Shown piece after piece: positions 1 to 13,534 of a DNA stretch of 64,000 nucleotides. Position numbers and translations under genes: made by a program. The notes under the pieces are model-generated. The model did not search any database, had not been told where the DNA came from, and saw nothing but the letters and a program-made list of their open reading frames with translations. The DNA is from Octopus bimaculoides. Its lineage: Eukaryota. The stretch lies in assembly GCF_001194135.2 (NCBI RefSeq), contig NC_069004.1, positions 465,001 to 529,000 on the forward strand. Reading direction: 5' to 3'. The number at the start of each line of letters is the position of its first letter. The first letter of the stretch is position 1.

Positions 1-911
1 CTATTGTACTGATAATTTTGTTATAAAGCATTCTATAATGTCGTTGGGGCTCAATAGATATATTTTTGGATCTCTGAATTCCGATTCCTGCATCGACTCC
101 ATATTTTCCCCCAAACATATCATAAAAGATTGAAAAATTATCAAGTTTTGAAAAAGGCTACTTTTATATAAGAACACACGTAAATTGTCTGAGTAAATTT
201 TAAGTCAATTTCAATAAAACGGAAAAAATAACGTTAGTTCAATTAATTTGAGATTAATTAGCTACTTCTGAAATAAGAAATATAATATAGATAGTATTTT
301 TTTTGTCAGAACACTCCAAAAATATAATAATGCAAACGGATGTTTTGGATAAAAAAAAGATTCAAACTTACCGCAAAGTTATTCCGACATTTCGGATGGC
401 TGATTCAGGAATTATGGGATTGCTGTGGTTCAGGTCAGAAAGTGGAACGAGGAGAGTAACAATTCTACACTAAGAAAGAGGGGAGGGGTGTCTCTCACGC
501 GCGTCTTCTCAAAGCAGACGACCGAGTTGCTGAGAGAAGGGGGAAGGGGAGGCAGAATATGTTAAACAACACCTGGACGGAGTTTCTTTGAAAAAAAAAA
601 AGTAACTATTTTATGGAATTTTCCGATGATATCGATACAAAATCAGAGAGCATACAACGCGTGTCTTGCATGTCTGAGAGTACACGCCTCTGTTATCCAC
701 TCACCCACCTACCTACCTGTCTGTCTACCTAATGCAGTGTGAGTACCTCAATGGTAGTACCTCACTCAATCCCAGAAGCTCACCTAGTGTTAGTTCAGCA
801 CTTCACTCAATAGCTCAGTTATTTCTCTCCATAAATCCTGCCATTCAATTTCCTGTTCTTATAAACGACACACCCCTCCTCCCTTATCCTTTCCTCCCAC
901 CCCCACGTCGT

Positions 912-1306
912 GGAGGCGCAATGGCCCAGTGGTTAGGGCAGCGGACTCGCGGTCATAGGATCGCAGTTTCGATTTCCAGACCGGGCGTTGTGAGTGTTTA
1001 TTGAGTGAAAACACCTTTATGCCCCACGAGGCTCCGGCAGGGGATGGTGGCAAACCCTGCTGTACTCTTCCACCACAACTTTCTCTCACTCTTACTTCCG
1101 TTTTCTGTTTCTGTTGTGCCTGTAATTCAAAGGGTCAGCCTTGTCACACTCTGTGTCATGCTGAATATCCCCCGAGAACTACGTTTAGGGTACACGTGTC
1201 TGTGGAGTGCTCAGCCACTTGCACGTTAATTTCACGAGCAGGCTGTTCCGTTGATCGGATCAACTGGAACCCTCGACGTCGTCAGCGACGGAGTGCCAAC
1301 AACAAC
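912..1306 (+). mobile_element. Near full-length tRNA-derived SINE
   Basis: A-box tggcccagtgg, B-box gtttcgatttcc, family body gttaatttcacgagcaggctgttccgttgatc and (caa)n tail. Reverse copies at about 17260-17570 and 38090-38375. Confidence 0.8.
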
Positions 1307-1658
1307 ATTGTTTTGGTCATTGTACTGCGGCCATGCCGGGGCACAACTTTCAAGGGTTTTTAGTTGAACAGATTGACCAACAAAATAAGTTAGGTTATCT
1401 GAGTCGCTTTTGCGAGCCGCTAAGTAACGATACCATAGAGAAACCAAGACTGATTCTCAAGCGAAGTGGGAAAGCACACACACACACACACACAATGACA
1501 ATTAGTGCTTTCTTCTCATTTTCAAACAGTGTAGTTTGTTTCATTGTGTCCACCATATTATATGTACAAACTTCAAAAGATCGTTCATAAGTCTACTCAG
1601 TCAGGAGATAAACTAGGGCTGAAAAAACCCCACACAACTTCTCTTTTAAAACAGTAGA

Positions 1659-4600
1659 ATGGACTTGTATAGAGTTTTAGCAGCTGCGGTTTCTAGCAAG
1701 CTGAATGACATTGAAGGAGTGAATATACAAGCTAATCCCAAAACCCAGTCTTCAGTGAATCCACAATGCTTATTATATCATATCAATCTTTTTCCTTTTT
1801 TCTGTTTCTTCTGCTCCACAGATTATTGAAGAACTTTCATCTTGTCGTTTCTCTACCACGTTTTTGGTGACCAAGAAAGGAGACTTCACAAACAAGAAAC
1901 TGATTTTGAAAAAGGTACAAGGGGTTTATCTGTTTTACTTGAAGCTCTTTAACAATTTGTTGATGCCAACCCCACTGGGGTTGCCCTTGTCTGGGTCTTT
2001 GATATAAAAAAAAAGCCCCTATTTTAAAATGTTTCAATGCCAACCAAAATTTGCTTTTATAATTTCATATAAGAACAGTTCATTTGCCAAGCTGGCAGTG
2101 CTCCAGCTTGGCCGCAGTCCAATGAATGAAACAAGTAAAAAGAAAATAGAAGAGAAATACAAGAAACTTTTTGTTATGTTGCAAACACCAATTGAATGAA
2201 CGGAAAGTTTGTTGGTTTACTGAAGCCATCCAAATGCTTGATTATCTTCAAGATCAACTGAAAGGCATGTTTTATTAAAAATATGGAGACAAGAATGGTT
2301 TAAGCGAGGAATTTGAATGACATGAAATGCCAATAAAAAACATTGAAATAATTGATGCTTGTTTATATGTTTATTTATTTTCAGATTGAATGTAAAGATG
2401 AGAGCCATGCAAACAGGGCGTACCACGAGGTATTATATATATTACTGTTTACTGGAGTGACTAATACAGAGGGAGATATATACACCCAGTTACTAACAAC
2501 CAATACCTTAAAAAAACTTCTGAATGTGTCTGGAGGGGTGACTAACAGACACGGTCACTAACGACAGATATAAAGAAAGAAACTGACGATACGTGTATGA
2601 ATGGATGATGACAGCCTCTCGTAGTCCCAGAAAGATTTGTTTGTTTGTTTGGAACAAATGTTTGTGCTGTACATTATTAGCTTGCTCTCACCATCAAATC
2701 GATGTTGTCTGAACAGGTGTACCACACATCAGGTGTCAAAGTGATTACAGAGCAACATAAGACAAAGTGTTTTGCTCAAGAACACAATACGCCACCCGGT
2801 TGTGAGTGCAACACCCCAATCACTAGACTATGCACTCTCAACTGATATGGAAATGTAGGTGTGTGTGTGTGTATTTATACACACACAAACACAATACCTG
2901 TGACTGCTTTTGAATTTTACTTTCTTTTTATATATGATCAACCTCTTCATCATCATCATTTTTCACCTGTTTTCGATTCTGACATGGGTTTGATGGGTCT
3001 TTTCACTCAAACATATTGGAAAGAACCTCATCGCGCTCACATTTCCTTATGGCCTGCTTGCAATGGCTAGCTGCCATTCCTAATGACAAACACTCTACAG
3101 AGGGTGCTGGATGTTTTTTCATGCCACCAACACAAGAAGGGGTTCATCTCAACACGACCAAAGAGTCTTCACAAACATGTCACAAAATAGACCAGGTGTG
3201 TTTATCATGATACCAGCACAAGAGAGGTATTGTCGTATTTCCATATTATTCCTTTATGCTTAACATGAGACCTTAATGCTTCCCGATAACATCTTAAACG
3301 AATCAACTTCTCAGCCTGATCTTCTGAAAACCTGAACGTTTTAAACTTCATGACTCAGACAGTTACATCAGACATTTCTTGTCCGTTTGATCCTGCATTT
3401 GTAGCTAGGAAATGTCATAAATGTTATAATACAAAACATGAGATAAAATTAGACAGATTAATTGAAGACACTCTCATCACGTAAGTGCAAAACAAGGTGG
3501 CAAATACAGTACTTGAATACCAAAGGTAGAGCGATATACTTTTTATTAAAGCTGCAAAATTATCACAAGATTGTTACTCAGAGTTTCACACTCTTTCTTG
3601 TTGGACAATTGTGATGAAAACTCTCTGACAAACAGGAACACGAAACTCTGAATAAGAGTCTTGTGATATATATCATCATCATCATTCATTTAGCATGAGT
3701 TTTCCATGCTGGCATGGGCTGGAGGGTTTGACATGTCTGCTCTGGAATGGTTTCTATGGTTGGATGCCCTTCCTAACACCAACCACTTAGAAGAGTGTGT
3801 CGGGTGCTTTTTGCATGCCACCACCACCACCACCACCACCACCACCTCCACCATCCCGTTGTGTCACTGGTGTTACTTTCCCATGCAGCTACTTCAACAG
3901 AAACTACACCAAGAGACCATGGAAGAGAAAGTCGCTACCAAATCCTTTTTCATTATGTGGGATAAATCCGTAAGTTTGCTTCTACTCTCAACCTGCTGCT
4001 GCTGCTGCTGCTATTACTACTACTGTTACTAATACTAACGTCGTTACTACTACTACTACAACTTTTATTCTTTCTGCTACTACCACTACCACTACTACTA
4101 CTAATGTTACTACTACTACTACTACTGCAGATTTTGCTATTACTCCAACACCAATAGTAATCCTTTCTACTACAGGCACAAATCCTAAAGATTTTGGTGG
4201 GAGGGAGACTAGTGGATCACATCACCAGCCATCCCTCCCCCTGCTCAAATGAAAGACAGGTTACAGTATGTAGGGGGTTTTCATAAAATCAGGTGGGCAG
4301 AAACACCTTGTTTTAAACCTAGTGTATAGGTATAAGAATGACTGGGTGAACGTCACAAGTGCGTGTGTGCATGCATGCATGCATACGTGTGTTTGTGTGT
4401 GCATGAGAGTTCATGTCTGCACAGTCAGTGTTTTTATTAATGTGTGTATGTGTGCATGCATTGTAAACCCAGTATGTGTGAATGTTGCCAACAGGTTTGT
4501 GTGTGTGTGTGTGTGTGGGGGGGTTATAGATCATAAAATCGTGGCTCAAACCGAGGCTTGAGAACTGGTATCAAATGTTGAAGAGAGTCAATGCACGTCC

Positions 4601-5738
4601 TTTATGTAATTCTTATAGTCAAGGGAGTAAGGTCCATTTTTTTCAGGTCATTCAAGACAGGTGGAAGGGGAAATCCTCAACCAAGACCGGAACCAAATGC
4701 TTGCAAAATAGGGGACTCTGTTAAAGGCCCACAAAATCCAAGTGACCGTTGGCTTAAATGTGCAGCAGATGAAATCTATTCTTAATAACTTTGAGGGTGG
4801 CGGAGCTTGTGCCATTACAGAATCCTAATTAATTCAATTCTTTATCCATTTTGTGTCTAAGAACCACAATCTGGTGAATTAACCATTTTGTTTTTCCTTT
4901 TTTTTCTCTTTTTTTTTCTTCTTTGTCGTACTACTACTACTATGATTATTGCTGCTGCTGCTGCTACTTTCAGCCAATGACAAAAGTGTTGACACAGTTG
5001 CTTGCTCATCCTGTTTGAATTTGATGCCAAGTTTCCCTCAAATTACATTCTTTGCAAAAAGAATCGGAAAAATCGAAATGATACATTTAATAATATAGTC
5101 TTAGATATGTTCTCTCTGCGGTGGAGAGAAATGACTGGATGGTCATGGTAAGAGTGTCTTCAATGATAAGTGTGGGCAAACTAGAATTTGGCCTGGAGTT
5201 AAAGAACAACAACAACAAGCTATGGTTTACTTCACAGATTTGCTCCCAGGAAGCTGTCCAGGAAGCATCCATCTTCATCTGTATCATCCGGAACTATTTT
5301 GAGACCTCGCTGGCTTTTGTAGCGGATAGTTTTCATATGATAAAGAAACCCATGGAAGAACAGGTAAAGTCTTTGCTTTCATTTCTGAGAATAATATTCT
5401 TTTGTGTGTATGGGTGCATGTATGTGCACATGTATATCCATGTGTATAAAAATATATAAATAAATAAATAAATGCGCCCTTTTTTAAAGCCTAGCCAGGC
5501 TCATGGGCCCGGTTTCAATGGCGTATGTGTTCCCCAGCTGGACGGGACGCCAATCCATCGCAGCGTTACTCATTTTTGCCAGCTGAGTGGAACTGGAGCA
5601 ACGTGAAATGAAGTTTTGCTCAAGAACACAACACGTTGCCCGGTCCAGGAATCGAAACCACAATCTTACAATCATGATGCTGACACCCTAACCACTAAGC
5701 CACGCACCTCCACTAGAAAAATATATACATACATACAT

Positions 5739-5775
<37 letters not shown>

Positions 5776-7720
5776 CCTCTCCCCTAACTGGCTCCCGTGC
5801 TGGGGGCATGTAAAAAGCACCCACTACACTCTCAGAGTGGTTGGCGTTAGGAAGGGCATCCAGCTGTAGAAACCTTGCCAGATCATATTGGAGCCTGGTA
5901 CAACCACTGGCTTTCCAGACCTCAGTCAAACCGCCCAACCCATTCCAGCATTGAAAATGGAAGTTAAACGATGATGATATTATAGGATTACTAAAAGAAG
6001 GCCAGAATTGAATAGAAGAGAAAACCAAAAGGTCTCCTGATATTCATTGAAGAATTTTATTTCAGATATTCTCATTTCAAGAATCATCTCCGGTTAATCG
6101 TTGAAAGGACGTTGGTGTTGCGTTGGCAGAGGCTGACGCTCTCTGAGTGCTCTTCTTGTTGATATTATTGTTATTATAGTTATTAAGCGAATCACTTTTA
6201 CCGTTAAGAATATAATTGTTATGTGAGGAGATAATCCGCAGGAGATTATTAGGGTTGCAAAAAAACAATTCTAATACGATATGGATTGCGAATTGAATGG
6301 TACCTCGAATTTTGGGGAAAGTTCCTTTCGATAGCTTTACAAAACAGATAAGGAAGATTAATTTTAATTTGTTTAACGTGTGGAATAACAAGCCAAATAG
6401 TTTTATTAGAGCTTTGCAATTTATAGGAAAATTTCTCATTTAAAAAATCTGGATTTATTTATTTTTTTTTTTTTTTTTTTTACAGTAAGTAAGTAGAGTT
6501 ACCTCCCTTAGACAGTTTCTTCTTCAGTTTCCTCGGATTAGCTTTTCAAGTCTTTTGACGGATGGAATTATTGCTTGAATGGAAGATACGTTATAACTAT
6601 GGTTATCATTAGTAGTAGTATTAGTATAACTACTGTCAGCATGATTATTAGGGGTTAGACTAGGATCAAGAAGGTTGTAATACTTAATTTGATCCTTATA
6701 CCCTGTTTTTGACAAAGATAAATTATAGAATTCTGCATTATTATTTATCACCATAACGACGACAGCCACCATCACCAACTACTACTACTGCTGCTGCTGC
6801 TCAATCTGACCTTTCCCAGCCCAACGCCATCTCCACCATTTTCCACCATCCTACCTTCCTAGTCTTTTTGAATTTCAGATCACAATCAACAATAACAACA
6901 ACACCTGACCCTCATCACCCTCTCTTCTTTACTTTATATTCCAGACCATAATCAATTACCTCAGTGAAATAGTTGAACTGTTGGAACCGTTTCATAATGA
7001 AAATATTGCCCACAGGTATTTCTGGATTGCCCTTTTTTTTATCAAACAGCTGCCACTTGTGTCTTGCTAATAGGGACCACTGTCATGTCAGCTGTTTTAG
7101 GTGCCAGCAGTGAGGATTCTGACCGGCTTTGCATGTCAGTCAGATCACATTGGCCAGATAGGGACAAGCATTCCTGAATGTTGGCCAAAGGACATGTATT
7201 AACTAATCAATATACGTTATAACAATTTCATTAACCAGAAAGGGGAGGAAATTAGGTGTTGACAATGTTTTTGTGTAGACATATTTGGAGGGGAAAGTCA
7301 TCCGTGTGTGTGTGTGTGTGTGTGTGTGTGCGCAGTCCTGTTGAATTAAAGTCAGTAAAGAACAGAAGAAAATTGTCCAAATGAGTTATTGAGAAGACAA
7401 AATGCTTGACTGCAAAATTACGCTGTTCCATCAACAAAATCTTTCAATATTTAGCAAGTGACTGGAATCCATCTGAATGGACATGAACATAATTTTTATG
7501 AAAGCCTTTCTTTGACTTAGCGTGTATAGATAAAGTGAAGGGGGAATGGATTATATTTTGTTGTATAGAGATTCATACATTTATGTTTTCCTCGTTATAG
7601 AAGCATTCAATTATCAAATATTTTCAAGTATGGCGCTGAAAACAAATTGCTTCTTGTGGACTTTGGTATATCCAGTTTTTTGATCAACAGGAAAAGATTT
7701 TCCACATTGAAGGATGGTAA

Positions 7721-7755
<35 letters not shown>

Positions 7756-10216
7756 GAAATAATAATGATGATGATGATAAAATATAAGTGGTACAAAACA
7801 GTGAGTATTTAAAATTAATTACACATGCACTAGAATGTCTGTGCAATCATGTATACATATCAATACCCATGGGGTAATGTTTGGAAATTTATAAAATAAG
7901 CAGCAACTCTGTGAAACTTCTTATCTGTGAGAATGAAATCCTGGAAAACTACAAATGACTTTGAATAGTGAAAATGAATCTTTGAATGTTTAGTTGGTCT
8001 ACACATTCACACATACATACATACATACATACATACATACATACATACATACATACGAATAAATGTCATCTGTTGCAGGAGATTTGGTTTGGCTGGCCCC
8101 TGAACTAAGGTTCGAACAGAAGGACAAAGCAGGTGTGTGTTGGCTCAAAGTGGATATCTGGTGTCTTGGTTCAATTCTCATGTCCTTCTTACTCACCAGC
8201 TTCATGGACACCTTAAAGGACATGAAAGCTTTTGTGTTGAAAACCAAGATTGACGAGTGTCTCCTCAACTATTTCTGGGACAAATTAGAACAGGTAGGCA
8301 AAGGTCACACCTCTTCTTTGTGTTCTCTGATATGTTGTTGTGGTAGGCACAGTATTGCCAAATGGTTAAGGAGTTCGATCTGTAGCCACAATACCTTGGG
8401 GTGGGGGCGAAATCCCACTGCATAGATTTTTTGGGCAAATGTCATTTTTTTAAGCCTTGCATCGAACCATACTTTATAAATAAAATCAGGTAAATGGAAA
8501 CTGTAGTGAAACTTGTCGGGTGGATTGTATCTGTAATTTGAAGCACGTACAGCCTTGTCACACACTGCTTCACCGATTTTGCCTGAGAATCTATAAAATA
8601 ATCTGTTTGTTCATTCGCCCATGATACTTTAGTGAGAGAGGAGGAGGTGGGGTGAGTAAGAGGTGAAGTAAAAGTGAGAGAGAGAAAGAGGGGGAGAAAT
8701 GTGTGTTGAGAAGAAAGAAAAGAGGAGTATAATAATACACTAAGGTCATCACGTGGTTGGTTGAAGGGAGAGTGAGAGAGAGAAGTGTTAATGACATGTT
8801 GTAGGGTGGGGAGGAAGAGGTAAAGAGAAAGAGAGAAATGTTCAAGACATGGGGAATCACATGATTAAAAAGTTTGTTGAAGCAGAAGAGAGAAAGAAAG
8901 AAATAGAAAGTGTTTAACAGATGGGAATTTTTAAAAAATCATATAATATATTATTGTGGCTGGAACTTGGTGAAATTGAAATTTAAAAAATCGTCCTTTC
9001 TTTCTTAAATAGCTTCTCTTAATCTTTTCCGTTCTGGGGAATTTCCACAGGTCCCACTAGCTATGTTCATAATATACAGGCTACTCTTCAGGCCAAGGAT
9101 ATTTTGATTAAAGTTTCCATTGTTGCAAGGAGGTACATGTTAACACATGGAAGATTCAATCAGAATCTTCCATTATATACAACAGGCTTCTTTCAGTTTC
9201 CATTGACCAAATCTACTCACAAAGCTTTGGCAAGCTTGGAGCAATAGCAGAAGACACTGAACCTATGGCCTCGTGGTTGGGAAGCAAACCCCTTACCACA
9301 CTATGTCTATGACTGTTTTTAAATATCCTAAATATTATCTGAATATTGTGAATTAAATCTTTCAGATGTATTCAGGAAATTTGCTTTCATTGGCTAAAAG
9401 AATGCTGAGTCAATACACTGAAGAGAGACCAACTCTTATGTGAGTAGAAAGAGGGATTGGTTTTTTATCGTCGTTTTTGTTGTTGTAGATGATGATGATG
9501 TATTTGTGTAGTATCCAGTCAGCCTTGTTATGTTGGGATGAAGGGCTGAAGAACGGCCTCAGGATGCTGAGCCTTTCAGGTGAGATGGCAGAGGACCAGG
9601 ATACCTGACACCTGGCTGTGCTCAAGGGGGTCTGTCCTCCACTGCCGAGGTGTTAAGATCGGTTCCTCTGGTGGTGTGAAGCACTTGTGACAGTGCCATG
9701 TAAAAGTGCCCGTGTGGTGCCATGTAATAGCACCCAGTACATTCTATAAAGTGGTTGGTGTCAGGAAGAGCATCCAGCTGTAGAAACCAAATGAGACTGG
9801 ACTCTGGTGCAACTCCCCAGCTTTCTCCCCAGCTTTGCCAGCTTTGGTCAAACCGTCCAACTCATGCCCGAATGAACAATGGACGTTAAATGATGATGAT
9901 GATGGTGAAGGTGGTGATGGTAGAGGAAGTGATGGTTAGGGAACATGTGGCCTTCATGGCTTTCTGTGTGGTACACTCACTAAATTTCATAAAACCTTTT
10001 GTATGTTTTTTTTTTTTTGTGGATTCATTTTTGTTTTTATGATCTTTCTACTTCTGACCTGTTTCATACTCAGAGAACTGAAGGAATACCTCTCAAAGAT
10101 GTCCTGCACAGAGGAACCTGTCTTACCAGACATGAGGGAAGATTTTGGTAGGTTATAAATGAAGCATCTTTTTGCAAAATAGTTGTAATTCTTTGAAATA
10201 TACACATACACACATG

Positions 10217-10248
<32 letters not shown>

Positions 10249-13200
10249 TGTATGTGCGTATGTATGTATGTATGTCATTATTCAGTTTTATTTGAAAACT
10301 TCTTGCCAATAGAGAAAGCTCCGGTTTCTAACCTAGATCCAAGGATCCTTATTTGGAATTTCAACAGCATCAACAGGGTCTTTTTTGTATGTATGTATAT
10401 ATGTAGATTTGTATGTTTTGTTTTATGTATGTATTGTCATGCATATAGTTACATATCTAAACATGCTCATAGATACTTAAATGATAAATCTCTGGAAAGT
10501 TTTACAGATTTTTACAGTTACACACGCATACAAAATGTTTTATACATGATAGTTTTCAAAAATGTTAAATGTTCCATTTTTTTTTTTTTTTCAGAACCAA
10601 TTGAAAATGAGGACAGCTTCTCTGATTTGTTAAATTACGTGTCAAAGTACTCGGAGCACAGCAAGTGTGTTATTGAATGCCTCATCAAATTAAACAAACT
10701 CTTAGTTACAACACCTGATATCGAAGTCCCAGTAGATTCTCAATCCTTTATATGGGAACTTTTGTGTCAAAACCTGGACAATGCCCAACTTCTCACTGAA
10801 GGCCTTCACCTGATAGAGAAACTAACTTCCATATGTATCATGGCAATTATTGTTATTTTATATGTTGTTGTTCTTTTTACTGATGTTGTTTTTATTGTTT
10901 TTGGTGTTGTTTGTTGTTTGCCATGTCTATGTGTTTCAACAATAATGTGGGGACTCTCCCTCTCTCTGTGACCTTTATAGGACCAATACGATCAATATGG
11001 TTAAATGCACCCTTTGAAACTGTTGGCAACAGAAACATCATGGGTGAGGAGAGAATTTTCAAGTGGGATATCATTCTGGGGAGGAAGGACTAGGTTCAAG
11101 AATAATTATTAGGGAATGTGGAGGTGAGGGTACATGACACTGTGTGGGGGTAAAGTGAGGGAGGGGAGACAAATGAATCCGAGTAAGGGCAAGCTGCATA
11201 AAGGGAAAATGGGACCCGTTAGCTTGAAGGAGGAGACGCCACTACAGCTATGGTGTAGGAAATATGTAGCAAACCTTTGATCAAAAATGTTCCAGGGGTG
11301 ACCTCTACCTTTACAATCCTAACAAAATGTCCTATTGTTGTGACCATCTCTGCCCACTTTGTTATTTAGATGTACCTTGGGCAATCGGTGAGCCTTTGAC
11401 CCTGTATGAATTTCTATTGCATAATATAATTTGTGTCTACTCCAGAAGGTATATACACACACATATATATAAATCTTTTCTTAGTGGTCAGACCATTGGG
11501 GTCTACTTCTAGCATATTGGATGTCCACTTAGTGGTCATCCCTCTTATACGTATGTAATATATATATATACAGGGGGAGAATTCACACAAAAAAAAAAAA
11601 AGACGACACTCTTCTCTTCTACATTTCCTTCTTCTTCCGCCTTTTCTCTCTCATTCTCTCTTCTGACATTTCAGCAAACGACCATTTGCAAAATATCTTC
11701 TCTGAATCAACAATCGATGCTATTTTAACAATCATGGAAGTAAGTATTCTCTCCGTCTTTGAATTCCAACCATTTTCTAAATCTGGTCATTGCAAGGATT
11801 TTCATTAAAATCAATCCAGTCATTTGTTTATCTTCTATTTTTTTTTATTTGTTTCAATCTTTCAACTGTGGCCATGCTGGGGCATCACTCAGGCTGCTAA
11901 CTCCTTAAAATGATTCAGTAATCCTGATAAGGAAGTCCTATAAAGATATGCTACTCCTATAATTACCTGTTATCCGCTACCAAAACTATTTCTCCAAGAT
12001 GAAGCGAGGAATTATATCCTCATTCCTCTCTTCTGTTTCAGTGCCAGCTCAAAGAAACCGTTTTCCTAACTGTCATTTACAGCTTCCTCATGATTATTTT
12101 GACCTCAGGTAAGAATCTCAACATCCATGGCACTTGAAGAATATTATTATTGGTGAAACCTCTTCGGTTGCATATAGAGGACAAATCCAGTCATGAACCG
12201 AATTGGGGGTAAAGATGCTCCACTGCCTGCCTTTAATAATTCAGGGTTATTAGTATTCCTTCCTCGAGTGGCTAGGGTGAAAATGGTTGTGTGGTGAACA
12301 AGGCTGGGATGATGGTGGACAGAATGATGAAGGTTTATCTCTGGATAAGCCTTCATCAATTTTTCCAAGTTCCATTTGAAAAGGAAGGTAAAGGTAGAGA
12401 GGGAAGTGTGAATAAAGCTGGATGAATGTGAGAGGGGAAACCATTGGGCTGGCGGATTTCCAAGATATCCCCCCCCCCCACTTTCCCAGATCATCACAGA
12501 TCCTCCTCCACATTTAACAGTTGGAAGAAGGCAGTCTTCTGGGTCAAATGCTTCTTTTGGCTGTCTCCACACATATACTTAGCCAGTGGTCGGAAATAAG
12601 GTAAAGGATGACTCATCCGAGAAATAACATTCTTCCACTGCTCTAGGAACCAATTCTGTAGGTTTTTACTCCACTCTAAATGCTTTGCGACATTTGTTTT
12701 TGAAAGTAGTAGTTTTCTGATTGCAGCCTTCCCATGAAAACTGACTTTGTGCAGCTCCCGGCGAACAGTTTTTGAGGAAACTAGGTTCTCAAGGTGGCCA
12801 TTAAGCTCTGCAGTAATTTTGGGAGCTGTACTTTTGTGATTCTTTCTGACAATTTGTGTAAGAGTCCAACGGTCCCCATCTGAAAGTTCTGGTTTTCTTC
12901 CAATGTCTAACTTCATAAAATGTTGAATTTAGCTTAATTCATTTGACACAAGTTAAGCCATGCTGATGATTTGAAAGAAGGGTGAAATAATGCTGTACAC
13001 AACTACCAACAATTAGAAAGTTTCAGAGCTTCTATAAGGTGTATGCAATTATATTAGAACTCTTGTTCAGATCACAGTTGTTGTCTGTAGTTTTATGGAA
13101 AGTAAGCTAAATGGAAATAAATGTGAAGTTTATTCTTTTCTGTCTTTTATTCTAAATAAACTCCTCTCAATGCTTGTTTTATCTGATTCAGTATATATTT

Positions 13201-13312
13201 ATCTGATTCAGTATATATTTATATGCAAGTTTGTTTCACAAGAATTTACTGCATTCCATGTAAAAGTATACTGGAGCTTAATGAAGTGTTATTAATTGAA
13301 TTTTAAATTACC

Positions 13313-13364
<52 letters not shown>

Positions 13365-13491
13365 CTATACACCACTTCAGTATTCTTGTGTTTGTATGTA
13401 TTTATATATGCATATACATTTACATCTGTTTATGTATGTATATATGCATGTATATATATATATGTACATGCATATATCTATGTGTGTGTTT

Positions 13492-13534
<43 letters not shown>

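Noticed and set aside
912-990. tRNA gene
   Set aside because: A and B boxes are present, but the sequence continues into a SINE body and tail and I could not build a full cloverleaf. The same applies to similar heads such as 34470-34550.
10228-10971. 247-aa ORF as a stand-alone gene
   Set aside because: Only 10595-10834 is coding (a STKLD1 exon). The rest is microsatellite, repeat and intron.
12147-12440. Coding-looking segment downstream of the Tc1 remnant
   Set aside because: No recognisable transposase continuation, splice sites or family motif, so it was left unannotated.
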